Below, in pieces: positions 40,501-50,441 of a stretch of 64,000 bases of DNA (the stretch's first letter is position 1; the number at the start of each line of letters is the position of its first letter). Both the position numbers and the translations under genes were made by a program. The DNA comes from an uncultured Desulfobacterales bacterium (GTDB lineage: Bacteria; Desulfobacterota; Desulfobacteria; Desulfobacterales; C00003060), in assembly GCA_964440795.1 (NCBI GenBank), contig CAYTTQ010000002.1, positions 21,106 through 85,105 on the forward strand. Reading direction: 5' to 3'. The notes beneath the pieces were generated by a model that was not told the DNA's origin, did no database searches, and worked only from the letters and a program-made list of their open reading frames with translations.

Positions 40501-40602
40501 GGTCCAAAGAAGACCCCGATTCGTTGAAGAGCGACTTGTGATCAAAAAAAGAGGCACTATCGACAATGATATAAACATGCCTGTGTAAAAAAAGTGCCAG
40601 GG

Positions 40603-41886
40603 TCACGATGAAAAATAGTCTTTTACCATCTTGATGGCACAAAGTTCACCGCACATGGTGCAGACGTCCTCAGCGCCGGGGCGACTGTTTTTCCTGTAGG
40701 TTTCTCCCTTGTCCGGATCGATTGAGAGGGCAATCTGTCGGTCCCAGTCGAGTCGTTTTCGTGCCGTGGCCATTTCCAAATCCCACCCGGCGGCCCCCGG
40801 GTGCCCTTTGGATAGGTCCGCTGCATGCGCGGCTATTCGAGAAGCGATGACGCCTTCTTTGACGTCTTCTATGCCTGGCAATTTCAGATGTTCCGCCGGG
40901 GTGACGTAGCAGAGAAAATCGGCCCCGGCTTTTCCGGCCAGAGCTCCGCCTATGGCACACGCAATATGGTCATATCCGGCGGCAATATCGGTGACGATGG
41001 GCCCTAGAACATAGAACGGCGCCCCGTGACATAACCGTTTTTGTAATATCACATTGGTTTCAATTTGGTCCAGCGGGACGTGCCCCGGACCTTCAATCAT
41101 CACTTGGACGTTGGCGTCCCAAGCCCGTTGGGTCAGTTCTCCCAAGGTAAGTAACTCCTGCACCTGTGCCCGATCCGTGGCGTCGGCGATGCATCCGGGC
41201 CGCAACCCGTCCCCGAGACTCAGTGTTATGTCGTATTGATGGGCAATGGAAAGGAGCCTGTCGAAATCGGTATAGAATGGATTTTCTTTGTCATGGTGTA
41301 ACATCCAGGAGGTCAAGAAAGCCCCGCCTCGACTGACGATATCCGTTACCCGACCTTGGCGTCGCAATCGTTCCAGTGCGTGGCGTGTGAGACCCGAATG
41401 AATGGTCATAAAGTCCACGCCGTCTTTGGCCTGTTCTTCGATAACGTCAAAGAGAATATCCGGGGTAATATGAACGATCCCGCCCGATTTTTCAGCGGTT
41501 TCTATGGCTGCCTGATAAATGGGAACCGTACCAAACGGGAGCGTCGAGGCCTCAAGCAGGACTTTACGGATATGGGCCACGTTTCCCCCCGTACTTAGAT
41601 CCATGACCGCGTCCGCCCCGGCGCTTACGGCGCAGTGGAGCTTTTTCAACTCTTCGTCGAGATCGACGTGGTCACGCGAGGTTCCAATATTGGCGTTTAC
41701 TTTTATGGTCGACGACTTTCCGATGCCCACGGGGTCTAAGTGTGCGTGATGTATATTGGCAGGGATGACCAGTGTTCCTTCGGCGACATGATGTTGAACC
41801 GTTTTGGGGTCCAGGTTTTCTTTTTCAGCCACTTTCTTCATGACTTCCGAAACGACTCCGTCCCGGGCCAATTCGATCTGCGTCAT
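40603..41886 (-). CDS. thiC: Phosphomethylpyrimidine synthase
   Basis: 427 aa: ...TVPIYQA..., HGAPFYVLGPIVTDIAAGYDHI, C-terminal CTMCGELCAIK cluster motif. Confidence 0.95.
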   Translation of the reverse strand: MTQIELARDGVVSEVMKKVAEKENLDPKTVQHHVAEGTLVIPANIHHAHLDPVGIGKSSTIKVNANIGTSRDHVDLDEELKKLHCAVSAGADAVMDLSTGGNVAHIRKVLLEASTLPFGTVPIYQAAIETAEKSGGIVHITPDILFDVIEEQAKDGVDFMTIHSGLTRHALERLRRQGRVTDIVSRGGAFLTSWMLHHDKENPFYTDFDRLLSIAHQYDITLSLGDGLRPGCIADATDRAQVQELLTLGELTQRAWDANVQVMIEGPGHVPLDQIETNVILQKRLCHGAPFYVLGPIVTDIAAGYDHIACAIGGALAGKAGADFLCYVTPAEHLKLPGIEDVKEGVIASRIAAHAADLSKGHPGAAGWDLEMATARKRLDWDRQIALSIDPDKGETYRKNSRPGAEDVCTMCGELCAIKMVKDYFSS

Positions 41887-42028
41887 TCCAACTCCCTAAG
41901 AAAACAAATTAAATGGTTATTCAGGGACCCGATCTCGCGATGATCATCACGTCCCTTCTGAACCCCCATAGCCTACCAAAAAAAAAGAAAGAACACAAAC
42001 ACTTGTCTTCCCGTAAAAGACTATCGAT

Positions 42029-42050
42029 AAACTCGGCAAGCGGTGGATTT
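42029..42050 (+). repeat. 22-nt exact repeat, copy B (AAACTCGGCAAGCGGTGGATTT)
   Basis: Identical to 22719-22740. Here it is non-coding, in the thiC/tal divergent intergenic region. Confidence 0.9.
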
Positions 42051-42160
42051 GGGGGCTCCGAACCGGTTGACCATCCGGCGTTTGTCGGTTATGGTGCGTC
42101 GGTATCGACCAAAGCGCATAGGGGAAGTCACCATACGTTTAAGAAAGGGAGATGCCTGGT

Positions 42161-43243
42161 ATGAAATCGACCAAACTATCCGATTTGTCGGCGCTGGGAC
42201 AGAGCCCCTGGTACGACAACATCGACCGGCGACTGATCGAAAACGGCGAATTACAAAGTTTATTTGATCTGGGCGTAACCGGGGTCACATCGAACCCGAG
42301 TATATTTGAAAAGGCGGTAAAAGGCTCTGAGATCTACGATGACCTTATCAAGGTGCATGCCCGTAACGGCGACTCGACACTCGACATCTACGATGCGATA
42401 ACGGTGCAAGACGTGCAATCGGCTGCAGACATGCTGTCCGACACGTACAGGAATTCTGAAGGACAAGACGGGTATGTGAGTTTGGAGGTTTTGCCGGATC
42501 TTGCCTATGAGACGGACAAGACGGTCGAGAATGCCAAAGACCTTTGGGCGAAAGTGTCTCGGCCCAACCTGATGATCAAGGTCCCGGGAACGGCGGCAGG
42601 CTACCCGGCGATACGGGAATTGACCAAAGCGGGCATCAACGTCAACGTGACACTTCTGTTTTCCATCGATCACTATAGACACAGTGCCAACGCCTACATC
42701 GCAGGCTTGGCGGACCGACAGGCGGCGGGTGAAGATATTTCCGGTCTGTTTTCGGTGGCAAGCGTGTTTATCAGCCGGGTGGACACCATGGTCGACGAAC
42801 AATTAACTGCGTTAGGCAACTCTGCGCTTCAGGGAGAGGTGGCCGTGGCCAATGCCAAGGCCATTTATCAAGAATTCAAAACCTTATTCTTCGATTCCGA
42901 TTTCGACAAACTCCAAGCCCTGGGTGGGAACCGCCAAAAGGTCCTGTGGGGCAGTACAAGCACAAAGAATCCGGCCTATCGGGACGTAAAGTATGTGGAA
43001 GAACTCATCGGCGAGGACACGATCAACACCATGCCGCATAAGACGTTAGAGGCGTTTTTAGACCACGGGCAGGTGGCGCCTACTGTTGAGGCCGATTGGA
43101 AACAGGCCGCGGCATGCCTGGATGAGGTCGCCTCCTTTGGAATCGACTTAAATCGGATCTGTGATGAGATACAAGCCAAAGGCGTTACGGACTTTGTTAC
43201 AGCCTTTGACGGATTGATAGCGGCAATAGAAGAAAAGAAATAA
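42161..43243 (+). CDS. tal: Transaldolase
   Basis: LGQSPWYDNIDRRLI..., GVTSNPSIFEKA, MIKVPGT. Start at ATG 42161, 9 nt after GGGAG. Confidence 0.9.
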   Translation: MKSTKLSDLSALGQSPWYDNIDRRLIENGELQSLFDLGVTGVTSNPSIFEKAVKGSEIYDDLIKVHARNGDSTLDIYDAITVQDVQSAADMLSDTYRNSEGQDGYVSLEVLPDLAYETDKTVENAKDLWAKVSRPNLMIKVPGTAAGYPAIRELTKAGINVNVTLLFSIDHYRHSANAYIAGLADRQAAGEDISGLFSVASVFISRVDTMVDEQLTALGNSALQGEVAVANAKAIYQEFKTLFFDSDFDKLQALGGNRQKVLWGSTSTKNPAYRDVKYVEELIGEDTINTMPHKTLEAFLDHGQVAPTVEADWKQAAACLDEVASFGIDLNRICDEIQAKGVTDFVTAFDGLIAAIEEKK

Positions 43244-43289
43244 GCGGTGTTCCGAGAGGTTTGCGTCGGCATGCCGCACTTCCCCGGCC

Positions 43290-44450
43290 CTAAGAAGCGG
43301 TTAACTGGGAGACAGGAACAATATTCACCTCTCGCCTCATGTGCGGCATTTGTTCGTTGAGTATTTCGAAAGTGACGGGATATGGATGGGCGATGCCGAC
43401 GGCCTGACCGCGCTTTCGGGCGATGGACAGAAGCCGTTTGATCTGGAGTCGGACGGCGTTGGCTTCCTGAGAATGATCCAGGAATACCTGACGTTCCGCA
43501 AACGGCAGCCTGAATAGCCGGGCCACACGGGCGCACTGCGAATTCGGACTGGTGAGGCTGTCAACGAAAAAGAGCCGGCGCTTCTTTAAGATGGTAAAGA
43601 CTTGCCGCATTCGGGCGGCATCTTCGGTCAGCCTGGACCCCATATGATTGTTGACGCCGGATATGTAGGGAACCGCATCCAGGTCCCGCTTGAGTTCGGC
43701 CAGTAGTTGGTTTGGGCTCATTGAGGTAATCAAGGCCCCAGGGCCCGGATCAACTGTCGGATATTCACGCGGTTCCATTGGAAGATGCAACAAGACCTCC
43801 CGATCCGAATTATGCGCCAATGTGGCGATTTCAACTTGAAAAGGACTGTGGGGCAGGATCGAAATAGAAAAACCGACGTCCATTTGCAAAAACCGGCTGG
43901 CCACTTCCAAATCGTAACCCATGTCATCGATAATAATGGCCACCCGGGGACGATCGGCTTTTTTGGGAATCGGGGAAGGCTTTTCCACAAAGGGAACAAA
44001 CACCACCCGGTGGGTGCGGTGTCCACCCAGAGAGATATCGATAACCGTCTTATGATTCGACTTCACTCGAAATCGGATGTCCGGTCGGGGTGTCATGTCA
44101 CCGAGACGCTCTATAAAGGCCGTTTTCTTTGCCGTCGGTGTAATGGCTTTTCGTGTTTGGACGGTCAACTCCGAGTAGGTCCACTGTTCCGAACCCGACT
44201 TTATGGTTTGGACGTGAGCAAACGTAAGGTCCTCGGCGGGGATGTCTAACGCCATGAGGGCGTCATATATTTCCTGGTCCAGTGCCTGGACGGCGTTTTC
44301 CAGTTTGCCTGAGGGATAGGTTTCGAAAACCGGCGTTTTGGATGTGTCAGGGGTGGTAAAGATAGAATAGGCAATAGGTCCTGCCACCGCCAAGAGCAGG
44401 ACCAAGGCAAGAAAAGCGTATAGGGGTGAACGTTTTGCTTTTTTTCGCAA
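43290..44450 (-). CDS. Divergent polysaccharide deacetylase family protein (YibQ-like)
   Basis: N-terminal TM segment, RVAIIIDDMGYD..., ...GVNNHMGS.... TTG start as in the ORF track. Confidence 0.75.
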   Translation of the reverse strand: MRKKAKRSPLYAFLALVLLLAVAGPIAYSIFTTPDTSKTPVFETYPSGKLENAVQALDQEIYDALMALDIPAEDLTFAHVQTIKSGSEQWTYSELTVQTRKAITPTAKKTAFIERLGDMTPRPDIRFRVKSNHKTVIDISLGGHRTHRVVFVPFVEKPSPIPKKADRPRVAIIIDDMGYDLEVASRFLQMDVGFSISILPHSPFQVEIATLAHNSDREVLLHLPMEPREYPTVDPGPGALITSMSPNQLLAELKRDLDAVPYISGVNNHMGSRLTEDAARMRQVFTILKKRRLFFVDSLTSPNSQCARVARLFRLPFAERQVFLDHSQEANAVRLQIKRLLSIARKRGQAVGIAHPYPVTFEILNEQMPHMRREVNIVPVSQLTAS

Positions 44451-44581
44451 CGACTTCGCTATTGTAAAAGGCCTCCCCGGGACGGGGGGCTAATATGGAT
44501 GTTTGGGACGTGTCCCTACGGCTGAGCTCCAACCAAGGGCTGAACGCAACCGTATCGCTTGGGCCCTGCCTGAAACGGGCG

Positions 44582-45946
44582 TCAGCTCTTAGCGACCATC
44601 TGAGAAAATATTTGCCAACTTTTTAGGATCTGCAGGGCCCGTATCGCTTGGTTATCTTTCTTGAGTAAGATCTCGACAACTTCCGAGGCCTCTTCTCCCG
44701 GAACGCGGACCCCCCGAAGATGCATCAAGTCTTCTTCCGGTTCTTCGGATGTATCCTTTTTCGGATCGGCCGAGATATGATTGGCCAAATCCTTTTCCAT
44801 TAGGTGATGTGGTGCCTTTTCTTTGGTTTCCGGCACCAACCGTCGGGTCACCACTACGTCCGGCGCCACCCCTTTGGCCTGAATCGAGCGGCCGCTGGGC
44901 GTGTAATACCGGGCAATGGTGAGTTTCAACCCTGCGCCGTCCCGCAAAGGTTCAACCGCTTGCACGGAGCCCTTTCCAAAGGTGGTGGTGCCAAGAAGAA
45001 CCGCCCGATGGTGGTCGCGAAGCGCCCCGGCCACGATTTCGGAAGCGCTGGCGCTGCCTTCGTTGATAAGCACGACTATGGGATAGTGGTGTTTCCTCCG
45101 GTTACCGTGGGCCGTATAGGTTTTGGAGTGTGTGTTGGCCCGGCCTTTGATGGACACAATCGTTCCCTCTTCCAAAAAAATGTCCGCCACCTTGATGGCT
45201 TCCGGTAATAAGCCGCCGGGGTTGTCCCGAAGATCGAATATCAAGCCCTCCAAGGGGTCCTCGTCGCCTTCCATGTCTTTCAGGGCCGCTTCCACGTCTT
45301 CGAACGTGCCATCCCGAAAACTGCTGATCCGCAGGTAACCGTATCCGGGCTCCAACACGTAATATCGGACGCTTTCCAACGGGATTACGTCCCGGACCAG
45401 AGTGAAATCCCGGGGCTCGGTAAACCCTTCCCGTATGATGGTGATGGTGACTTCCGTGCCCCTCTTTCCCCGCATTTGTTTGACCGCTTCCCACAGTTCC
45501 ATGTCCTTGGTCGGAGATCCGTCCACCTTGATGATCTTGTCTCCCGCCGTGATACCCGCCTCGTAAGCCGGAGTACCTTCAATGGGAGAAACAACGGTGA
45601 GCAGGCCGTCTTCCATGGTGATCACGATGCCGATCCCACCAAACTCGCCTTTGGTGTCGATTTGAAGCTCTTTATAGGCCGTGGGAGAAAGAAATGCCGA
45701 ATGCGGGTCCAATGATTTCAGCATACCCTGAATGGCTCCCCGGACAAGTTTTTGCGAATCTACCGGGTCCACGTAGGTTTCTTCTATGATTTCGATAATG
45801 TCGCTGAATACTTTGAGTTCTTCGTAGGTCTGGTCCGTTTCCGCCATCAAGCGGTAATCGATTTTCCCGCTGCCCAGTAGCAGAAGAACCGAGCAAAGGA
45901 CTACGGTGGTAATGATGCGTCCGTATTTTTTTCCAAAGGATCTCAT
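44582..45946 (-). CDS. S41 family C-terminal processing peptidase
   Basis: PDZ domain (GIGIVITMEDGLLTVVSPIEGTPAYEAGI) plus S41 core (...LINEGSASASEI..., TFGKGSVQ). Confidence 0.9.
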   Translation of the reverse strand: MRSFGKKYGRIITTVVLCSVLLLLGSGKIDYRLMAETDQTYEELKVFSDIIEIIEETYVDPVDSQKLVRGAIQGMLKSLDPHSAFLSPTAYKELQIDTKGEFGGIGIVITMEDGLLTVVSPIEGTPAYEAGITAGDKIIKVDGSPTKDMELWEAVKQMRGKRGTEVTITIIREGFTEPRDFTLVRDVIPLESVRYYVLEPGYGYLRISSFRDGTFEDVEAALKDMEGDEDPLEGLIFDLRDNPGGLLPEAIKVADIFLEEGTIVSIKGRANTHSKTYTAHGNRRKHHYPIVVLINEGSASASEIVAGALRDHHRAVLLGTTTFGKGSVQAVEPLRDGAGLKLTIARYYTPSGRSIQAKGVAPDVVVTRRLVPETKEKAPHHLMEKDLANHISADPKKDTSEEPEEDLMHLRGVRVPGEEASEVVEILLKKDNQAIRALQILKSWQIFSQMVAKS

Positions 45947-46000
45947 GGCGCCTCCTCAGTCAGGCCCTATATCTGATGGAACTTAAATCAGCACTCGGCA

Positions 46001-46029
46001 TATTATACCATTTAACATGATGGATGACA
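46001..46029 (-). promoter_or_regulatory. Candidate extended -10 sigma-70 promoter for the peptidase gene
   Basis: Minus strand reads GTGTCA, 17 nt ending in TGG, then TATAAT. That gives a TGnTATAAT extended -10. Confidence 0.45.
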
Positions 46030-46116
46030 CATATTGTTGCCCGTGGTCAAGCCTTTATTTTTTCGTAGATCCCTCACTTCGCCATGGATTCCCGTCCGGA
46101 TAGGGATCGCCGGGAC

Positions 46117-47334
46117 TCATTGTCTTTTTAGCAACCAAGGCGCCGGATCCAGCGGCTTGCCATGATGACGGATTTCAAAATAGACTCCCGAACCGCTGTG
46201 CGTGCTTACCCCCCCGGCTATTCCAATTACTTTTCCCGCCGAGATTCCGTCACTCTTTTGGACGAAAAAATCGGCCAACTGGGCACAGAGGGTATAAAAG
46301 TGGTCGCCGTGGTCAATGATCACCATGTTGCCATATCCCCTGAGGCGGTTGGCATAGATTACTTCTCCGTCATAGACCGCCCGCACGGGCGTACCCGGAT
46401 CCACCTGGAAGTGAATTCCGCTCCTGAACCCCTTTGTGCCGTAATGACCATCGATTTCATAGGATCCGAACGGTTCGACCACCTCCCCGTCCACAGGCGG
46501 TGGAAGCACTCCTTTAGCTGCAAGAAATGCGCCGCCGGATCCCTCCCCGGCTTGCTGATCCTTGTCCCGTAGGGCTTTGAGTTCCCTGATGGTTTTTTCG
46601 AGCTTTTCCGCCGACGCCTTGAGCGTGGTCAGATGATCGATCAGTCTTTTCTTGTCGGAACGAATGGCCGCCAACAACCGGGTCTGGTCGGCCTTGTGTT
46701 TGGCGATTTTCTCCTTCTCTTGACACAGCTGGGCCAACAGGTCTGCTTTTGTCCCTTCCTCGCGAGCCGTTTGCCGCCGCACGGATTCCAGCGCCCGCTT
46801 CTTTTCTCGAAGAGTCGACCACAGGGCCGAGTCATGTTGACTGATCGCCTCTAAGGCCTTTTGCTTGTGTAATAACTCGGACAGGGAGTTACAAGACAAG
46901 ACAACCGGGACCACGCCGAGTCTGTTCAATTTATAGAAAGCGACCAGACGCTGTGCGGCATTGCGTTCCAGTGTCCGAATCTCCTTTTCCAGGGATGCCT
47001 GACGCCTCTTGGCGGCGTTCAAGCGTTTCCGTATGGCGGTCAACTGGGACCGGGTTTGATTCTCTTGGCCGTAAAGGGTGTTGAGGGTCTGGGTCAACGC
47101 TTCGAGTTCTCTGTCGATCGGTTTTTCCCGTGCCTCAAGGGCTCGCACCGCTTTTTGGGACTGCTCGATTTTCCCTTGTGTGGCCGTCCTGCGATCTTGG
47201 TGTTTGCGGATTTGTTCTCCAAGATCCCTCGACCGATCTGCCGCCAAACCGATCGTCGGTTCAGCCAGCACGAGCCCCCCCCACAAAATTACGATTTTGT
47301 AAATTGTTTGAGTGACAGGTAACATCCCAACCAT
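46117..47334 (-). CDS. EnvC-like murein hydrolase activator (coiled coil + M23/LytM domain)
   Basis: Long coiled-coil N-terminal half and a C-terminal M23 domain (...GIHFQVDPGTPVRAVYDGEVIYAN...MVIIDHGDHFYT). Start uncertain (ATG 47334 or 47325); overlaps the ftsX 3' end. Confidence 0.8.
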   Translation of the reverse strand: MVGMLPVTQTIYKIVILWGGLVLAEPTIGLAADRSRDLGEQIRKHQDRRTATQGKIEQSQKAVRALEAREKPIDRELEALTQTLNTLYGQENQTRSQLTAIRKRLNAAKRRQASLEKEIRTLERNAAQRLVAFYKLNRLGVVPVVLSCNSLSELLHKQKALEAISQHDSALWSTLREKKRALESVRRQTAREEGTKADLLAQLCQEKEKIAKHKADQTRLLAAIRSDKKRLIDHLTTLKASAEKLEKTIRELKALRDKDQQAGEGSGGAFLAAKGVLPPPVDGEVVEPFGSYEIDGHYGTKGFRSGIHFQVDPGTPVRAVYDGEVIYANRLRGYGNMVIIDHGDHFYTLCAQLADFFVQKSDGISAGKVIGIAGGVSTHSGSGVYFEIRHHGKPLDPAPWLLKRQ

Positions 47335-48185
47335 GCCATAATAATTCCGGAAAGCAACAAAGCGATGATTTCCCACCCGGACAAAAAACGCATATTACCG
47401 GCGGACAGGAGGACTTGTTGGGCCGCCAGTTGCGCCGTCAAAAGATAATACGCGCCAAAGAGGATCCCCAGCGCAATGGCGCTCCCCAAGAGACCTTCCA
47501 CTATATTTTGCAAGTAATAGGGCGCTTTGATAAAGGCGTCCGTCGCCCCGATGATTTGCATCACCGCCAGCTCTTCTCTTCTGGCGTAGAGTGTGAGCCG
47601 AATCGTGTTGCTGCAAATGAACACCGTGGTAGCAAATATTACCGCCCCGATCACCAGCGTGGCCAGCCTGAAAAAGGTGACAAACCCGGTAAACCGGCGA
47701 AGCCATGCCCTGGCGTACTCCACGCTCTCTATTTCCGGAAGCCCTTCAAGCGCGCGCACGACGTTTCCTATCCGACCTTCATCGGGATCGGTGTGGACCA
47801 GTTCGATTTCCAAGGATGCCGGTAGCGGGTTGGTTTGCAAGCCTTCCAACAAAGACGAGCGATGTTTCATCTGTTTTCGCAACTGGTGGAGGGCCTCTTC
47901 CTGAGAGACGTAGGTGACGGTCTGGATTTCCTCCATTCGGCTGACCGTATCTCGAAGTGCCTTCCCCTGTCCGGCGGAAACGTCCTCGTTGACGTAAGCG
48001 ATGATTCGGAAGTCTTTCTTCCACACCGCTATAAGGTCGTTGACATTGGTATACAAGACGAGGAATACGCCGGCAATGAGCAGACTGAACGCAATGGTAC
48101 CGGTGGCCGCCACATGCAAATGGGGTACCGCCCAAAAGTTACGCTTGATCCGTCTGAAGATGGATACCAACGCCGTTTGATTCAT
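47289..48185 (-). CDS. ftsX: Cell division ABC transporter permease FtsX
   Basis: 298 aa with four TM segments and a periplasmic domain between TM1 and TM2. Follows ftsE with a 4-nt overlap. Confidence 0.88.
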   Translation of the reverse strand: MNQTALVSIFRRIKRNFWAVPHLHVAATGTIAFSLLIAGVFLVLYTNVNDLIAVWKKDFRIIAYVNEDVSAGQGKALRDTVSRMEEIQTVTYVSQEEALHQLRKQMKHRSSLLEGLQTNPLPASLEIELVHTDPDEGRIGNVVRALEGLPEIESVEYARAWLRRFTGFVTFFRLATLVIGAVIFATTVFICSNTIRLTLYARREELAVMQIIGATDAFIKAPYYLQNIVEGLLGSAIALGILFGAYYLLTAQLAAQQVLLSAGNMRFLSGWEIIALLLSGIIMAWLGCYLSLKQFTKS

Positions 48186-48880
48186 GAGCAGGGTAGTTGG
48201 ATCTCCATACGTCCGCCCTGGAGTTTCATGATACGTCCCGGTGCATCTTCCAGGAGTTGTCGGTCATGGGTGGCGACAATGACGGTGGTGCCCAAGGCGT
48301 GGAGCTGTGCAAACAGCTCAAAGACCAGAGCGGCGGTGGCACCGTCAAGATTTCCGGTGGGTTCGTCCGCCAGAAGAATCGGAGGCTTGCCCACAGCGGC
48401 CCTGGCGACCGCCACCCGCTGTTGTTCCCCGCCGGACAATCCCGGGGGGTAGGCCTGGCCGGCGTCCGCCAGTCCGACCATGCGCAAGACCTGACGCACC
48501 CGTTTGGGGATATAGCGCCGATCATGCCCGGCCGCCTCCAGAACCAAGGCGACGTTTTCATAGACCGTGTAGTGCTCAATGAGCCTAAAATCCTGAAACA
48601 CGACGCCGATCTGTCGTCTCAGAAAGGGGATGCGTTTCCTCGGGATTCGCTGCAAATTGATCCCGTTCACTACGATGTACCCTTCCGAAACCGACTCGTC
48701 CAGGAAGAGTAGTCGCAAGAAGGTCGTTTTTCCCGCCCCGCTGGCACCGGTGACAAAAACGAATTCGTTCTTCATAATGGCCAGGTTGAGATCGAGCAAG
48801 GTGGGGTGGGCGCCATAGCGTTTGAAAACGTGAAAAACTTCTATAACCGCATCGCCGCCGTCTGCCGTGGCCCGAACCAT
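48182..48880 (-). CDS. ftsE: Cell division ATP-binding protein FtsE
   Basis: GASGAGKTT Walker A, LSGGEQQRVAVARA signature, ILLADEPTGNLD Walker B. Confidence 0.9.
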   Translation of the reverse strand: MVRATADGGDAVIEVFHVFKRYGAHPTLLDLNLAIMKNEFVFVTGASGAGKTTFLRLLFLDESVSEGYIVVNGINLQRIPRKRIPFLRRQIGVVFQDFRLIEHYTVYENVALVLEAAGHDRRYIPKRVRQVLRMVGLADAGQAYPPGLSGGEQQRVAVARAAVGKPPILLADEPTGNLDGATAALVFELFAQLHALGTTVIVATHDRQLLEDAPGRIMKLQGGRMEIQLPCS

Positions 48881-48882
48881 AT

Positions 48883-50226
48883 CTATTCCGCCTCGGCGCC
48901 GATGGCTCGGTAGAGTGCCGCCTTCGACAAATTGTAGCCGTTTAATGCATTGTAATAATTATTTTGGGTTCGGGTGAGCAGTGTCTGGGCATCGATGACT
49001 TCCGTGGACGTGGCCACTTGCTCCCGGTACCGTTCTTGGGTGATACGCAGATTTTCCTTGGCCTGTTCCACCGCCTTCTTTTGCGTGACTATGTTGCGTT
49101 CGGCCTCCTTGAGGCCCAGGTAGGCATCTTTGACATCTTGCCGTATCCGGTCTTCGATGGTCTTCACCGCCAGTTCCGCCTGGGCCCGTCGCCTCAGTTT
49201 TTCCCGAACCCCATAAACGGTTTTTCCCCATTCCCAAAAGGTCCAGGATGCCGTCACGCCGACATTCCACGCTTCTTCGTCGTAAATGCCGGTGCCCCCG
49301 TCGACGTCCGCCGAGTCCCCCGTCTTGACATAATTGGCTTCCAGGTTGACGGCGGGATAATAATCCCGTTTGGCCAGTTGGACCGCCTCCTGACTCCTTT
49401 CCAACCCCAAAAGGGCGCGTTTCTTTTCCGTCCGGTGGGCAAGGGCGAGGTCGACGCAGGCCGGGTACGACTTGTCAAAGGTGCCGGCCCGCCCGATATT
49501 TTCCAGGAAAACCGGGGCATCGATGGGGCGTTGCAACAAGACATTGAAACGCGACTTGGCAAAGGCCACCCGGTTTTGGGCGACCACCAGATCGAGTTTG
49601 GCGTTGGCCAACTCGACCTCTGACTCCAACAGATCGTTTCTGGGGATTAGCCCGACTTCATAAAAATCCTTGGCCTGTTCGACGTGGGAAGCAAGCTGTT
49701 TTACCGCTTGTGCTGCGACCATGGCCAGGTTTTGTTCCTGCAATATGTTAAAGTAGGCTTCCTTTACCCGGTATACCAGGTCCTGGCGGGCTTCCCGCTC
49801 TTGGAACCGTGCTATTTGGACATCCAGCTTGGATATCTCGAACCGGTTTATCTTGGAAAACCCGGTAAAAACCGTTTGGTCAAGGGTTGCGGTGAAGGTA
49901 TATTGATCCTTCGGGGCCGTCACCACGCCGGGCAAGGATTCCTTTTCATTATCCAAGCGGAGGTATCCGTATGTGCCGCTCAACTTGGGCAGGAACTCCG
50001 AAAACCGCCCTTTTTTGTTTAACCGGGCTGCAGAAACGCCCTCTTTTGAGATCAATACGTCCGGATTGTGTTTTAAGGCGTGGGCGATGCTCGACGTCAG
50101 CGTAAACCGGGTGCCGCCCTCTTCTTCGGCAAAACCGGTTGCCGGTTCTGTCAGAGCGCAAACCCAACAAAGGAGACATATCAGCAAACGTTGTACCCAC
50201 TGACGATCTATTCGATTCAATTGCAT
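48883..50226 (-). CDS. TolC family outer membrane protein
   Basis: Signal peptide (MQLNRIDRQWVQRLLICLLCWVCALTEP...) and duplicated alpha-barrel/coiled-coil repeats; ends ...YRAIGAEAE. Start taken at ATG 50226; the track ORF starts at 50292. Confidence 0.82.
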   Translation of the reverse strand: MQLNRIDRQWVQRLLICLLCWVCALTEPATGFAEEEGGTRFTLTSSIAHALKHNPDVLISKEGVSAARLNKKGRFSEFLPKLSGTYGYLRLDNEKESLPGVVTAPKDQYTFTATLDQTVFTGFSKINRFEISKLDVQIARFQEREARQDLVYRVKEAYFNILQEQNLAMVAAQAVKQLASHVEQAKDFYEVGLIPRNDLLESEVELANAKLDLVVAQNRVAFAKSRFNVLLQRPIDAPVFLENIGRAGTFDKSYPACVDLALAHRTEKKRALLGLERSQEAVQLAKRDYYPAVNLEANYVKTGDSADVDGGTGIYDEEAWNVGVTASWTFWEWGKTVYGVREKLRRRAQAELAVKTIEDRIRQDVKDAYLGLKEAERNIVTQKKAVEQAKENLRITQERYREQVATSTEVIDAQTLLTRTQNNYYNALNGYNLSKAALYRAIGAEAE

Positions 50227-50441
50227 CCTTTCTTCGGTCCTCCGTGCGGTGCGAAAATCCATGACGCTGGTCCTATCCATGTTGCTCCCCACTCTTAGTA
50301 CTTGCCTTGCAGAAATTCAACCCCTTTGAAAGGCGAGGTGGCGTCGCCGGGGCACCGTAATGGCTTGCGAAGCCGGGTGAATGCTGCTATGGTTTCCGTA
50401 AGGAGAGTGAGGGGTGCTGGCCACCAGTTTTCCTCACAACC

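Noticed and set aside
40372-40602. Possible oriC (AT-rich DNA upstream of dnaN).
   Set aside because: I found only one relaxed DnaA-box match (TGTGTAAAA near 40581) and no cluster of TTATCCACA-like 9-mers. dnaA is not adjacent. The AT-rich block is kept as a feature, but an origin call is not supported.
41887-42160. TPP riboswitch upstream of thiC. Also a TPP-like GAACC-GG..CCGGCG string on the opposite (tal) strand.
   Set aside because: The thiC strand lacks CUGAGA and the pyrophosphate-sensor helix. The plus-strand string has only a partial P4/P5-like hairpin, faces tal, and lacks the pyrimidine-sensor half. This is reported as an absence, not as a riboswitch.
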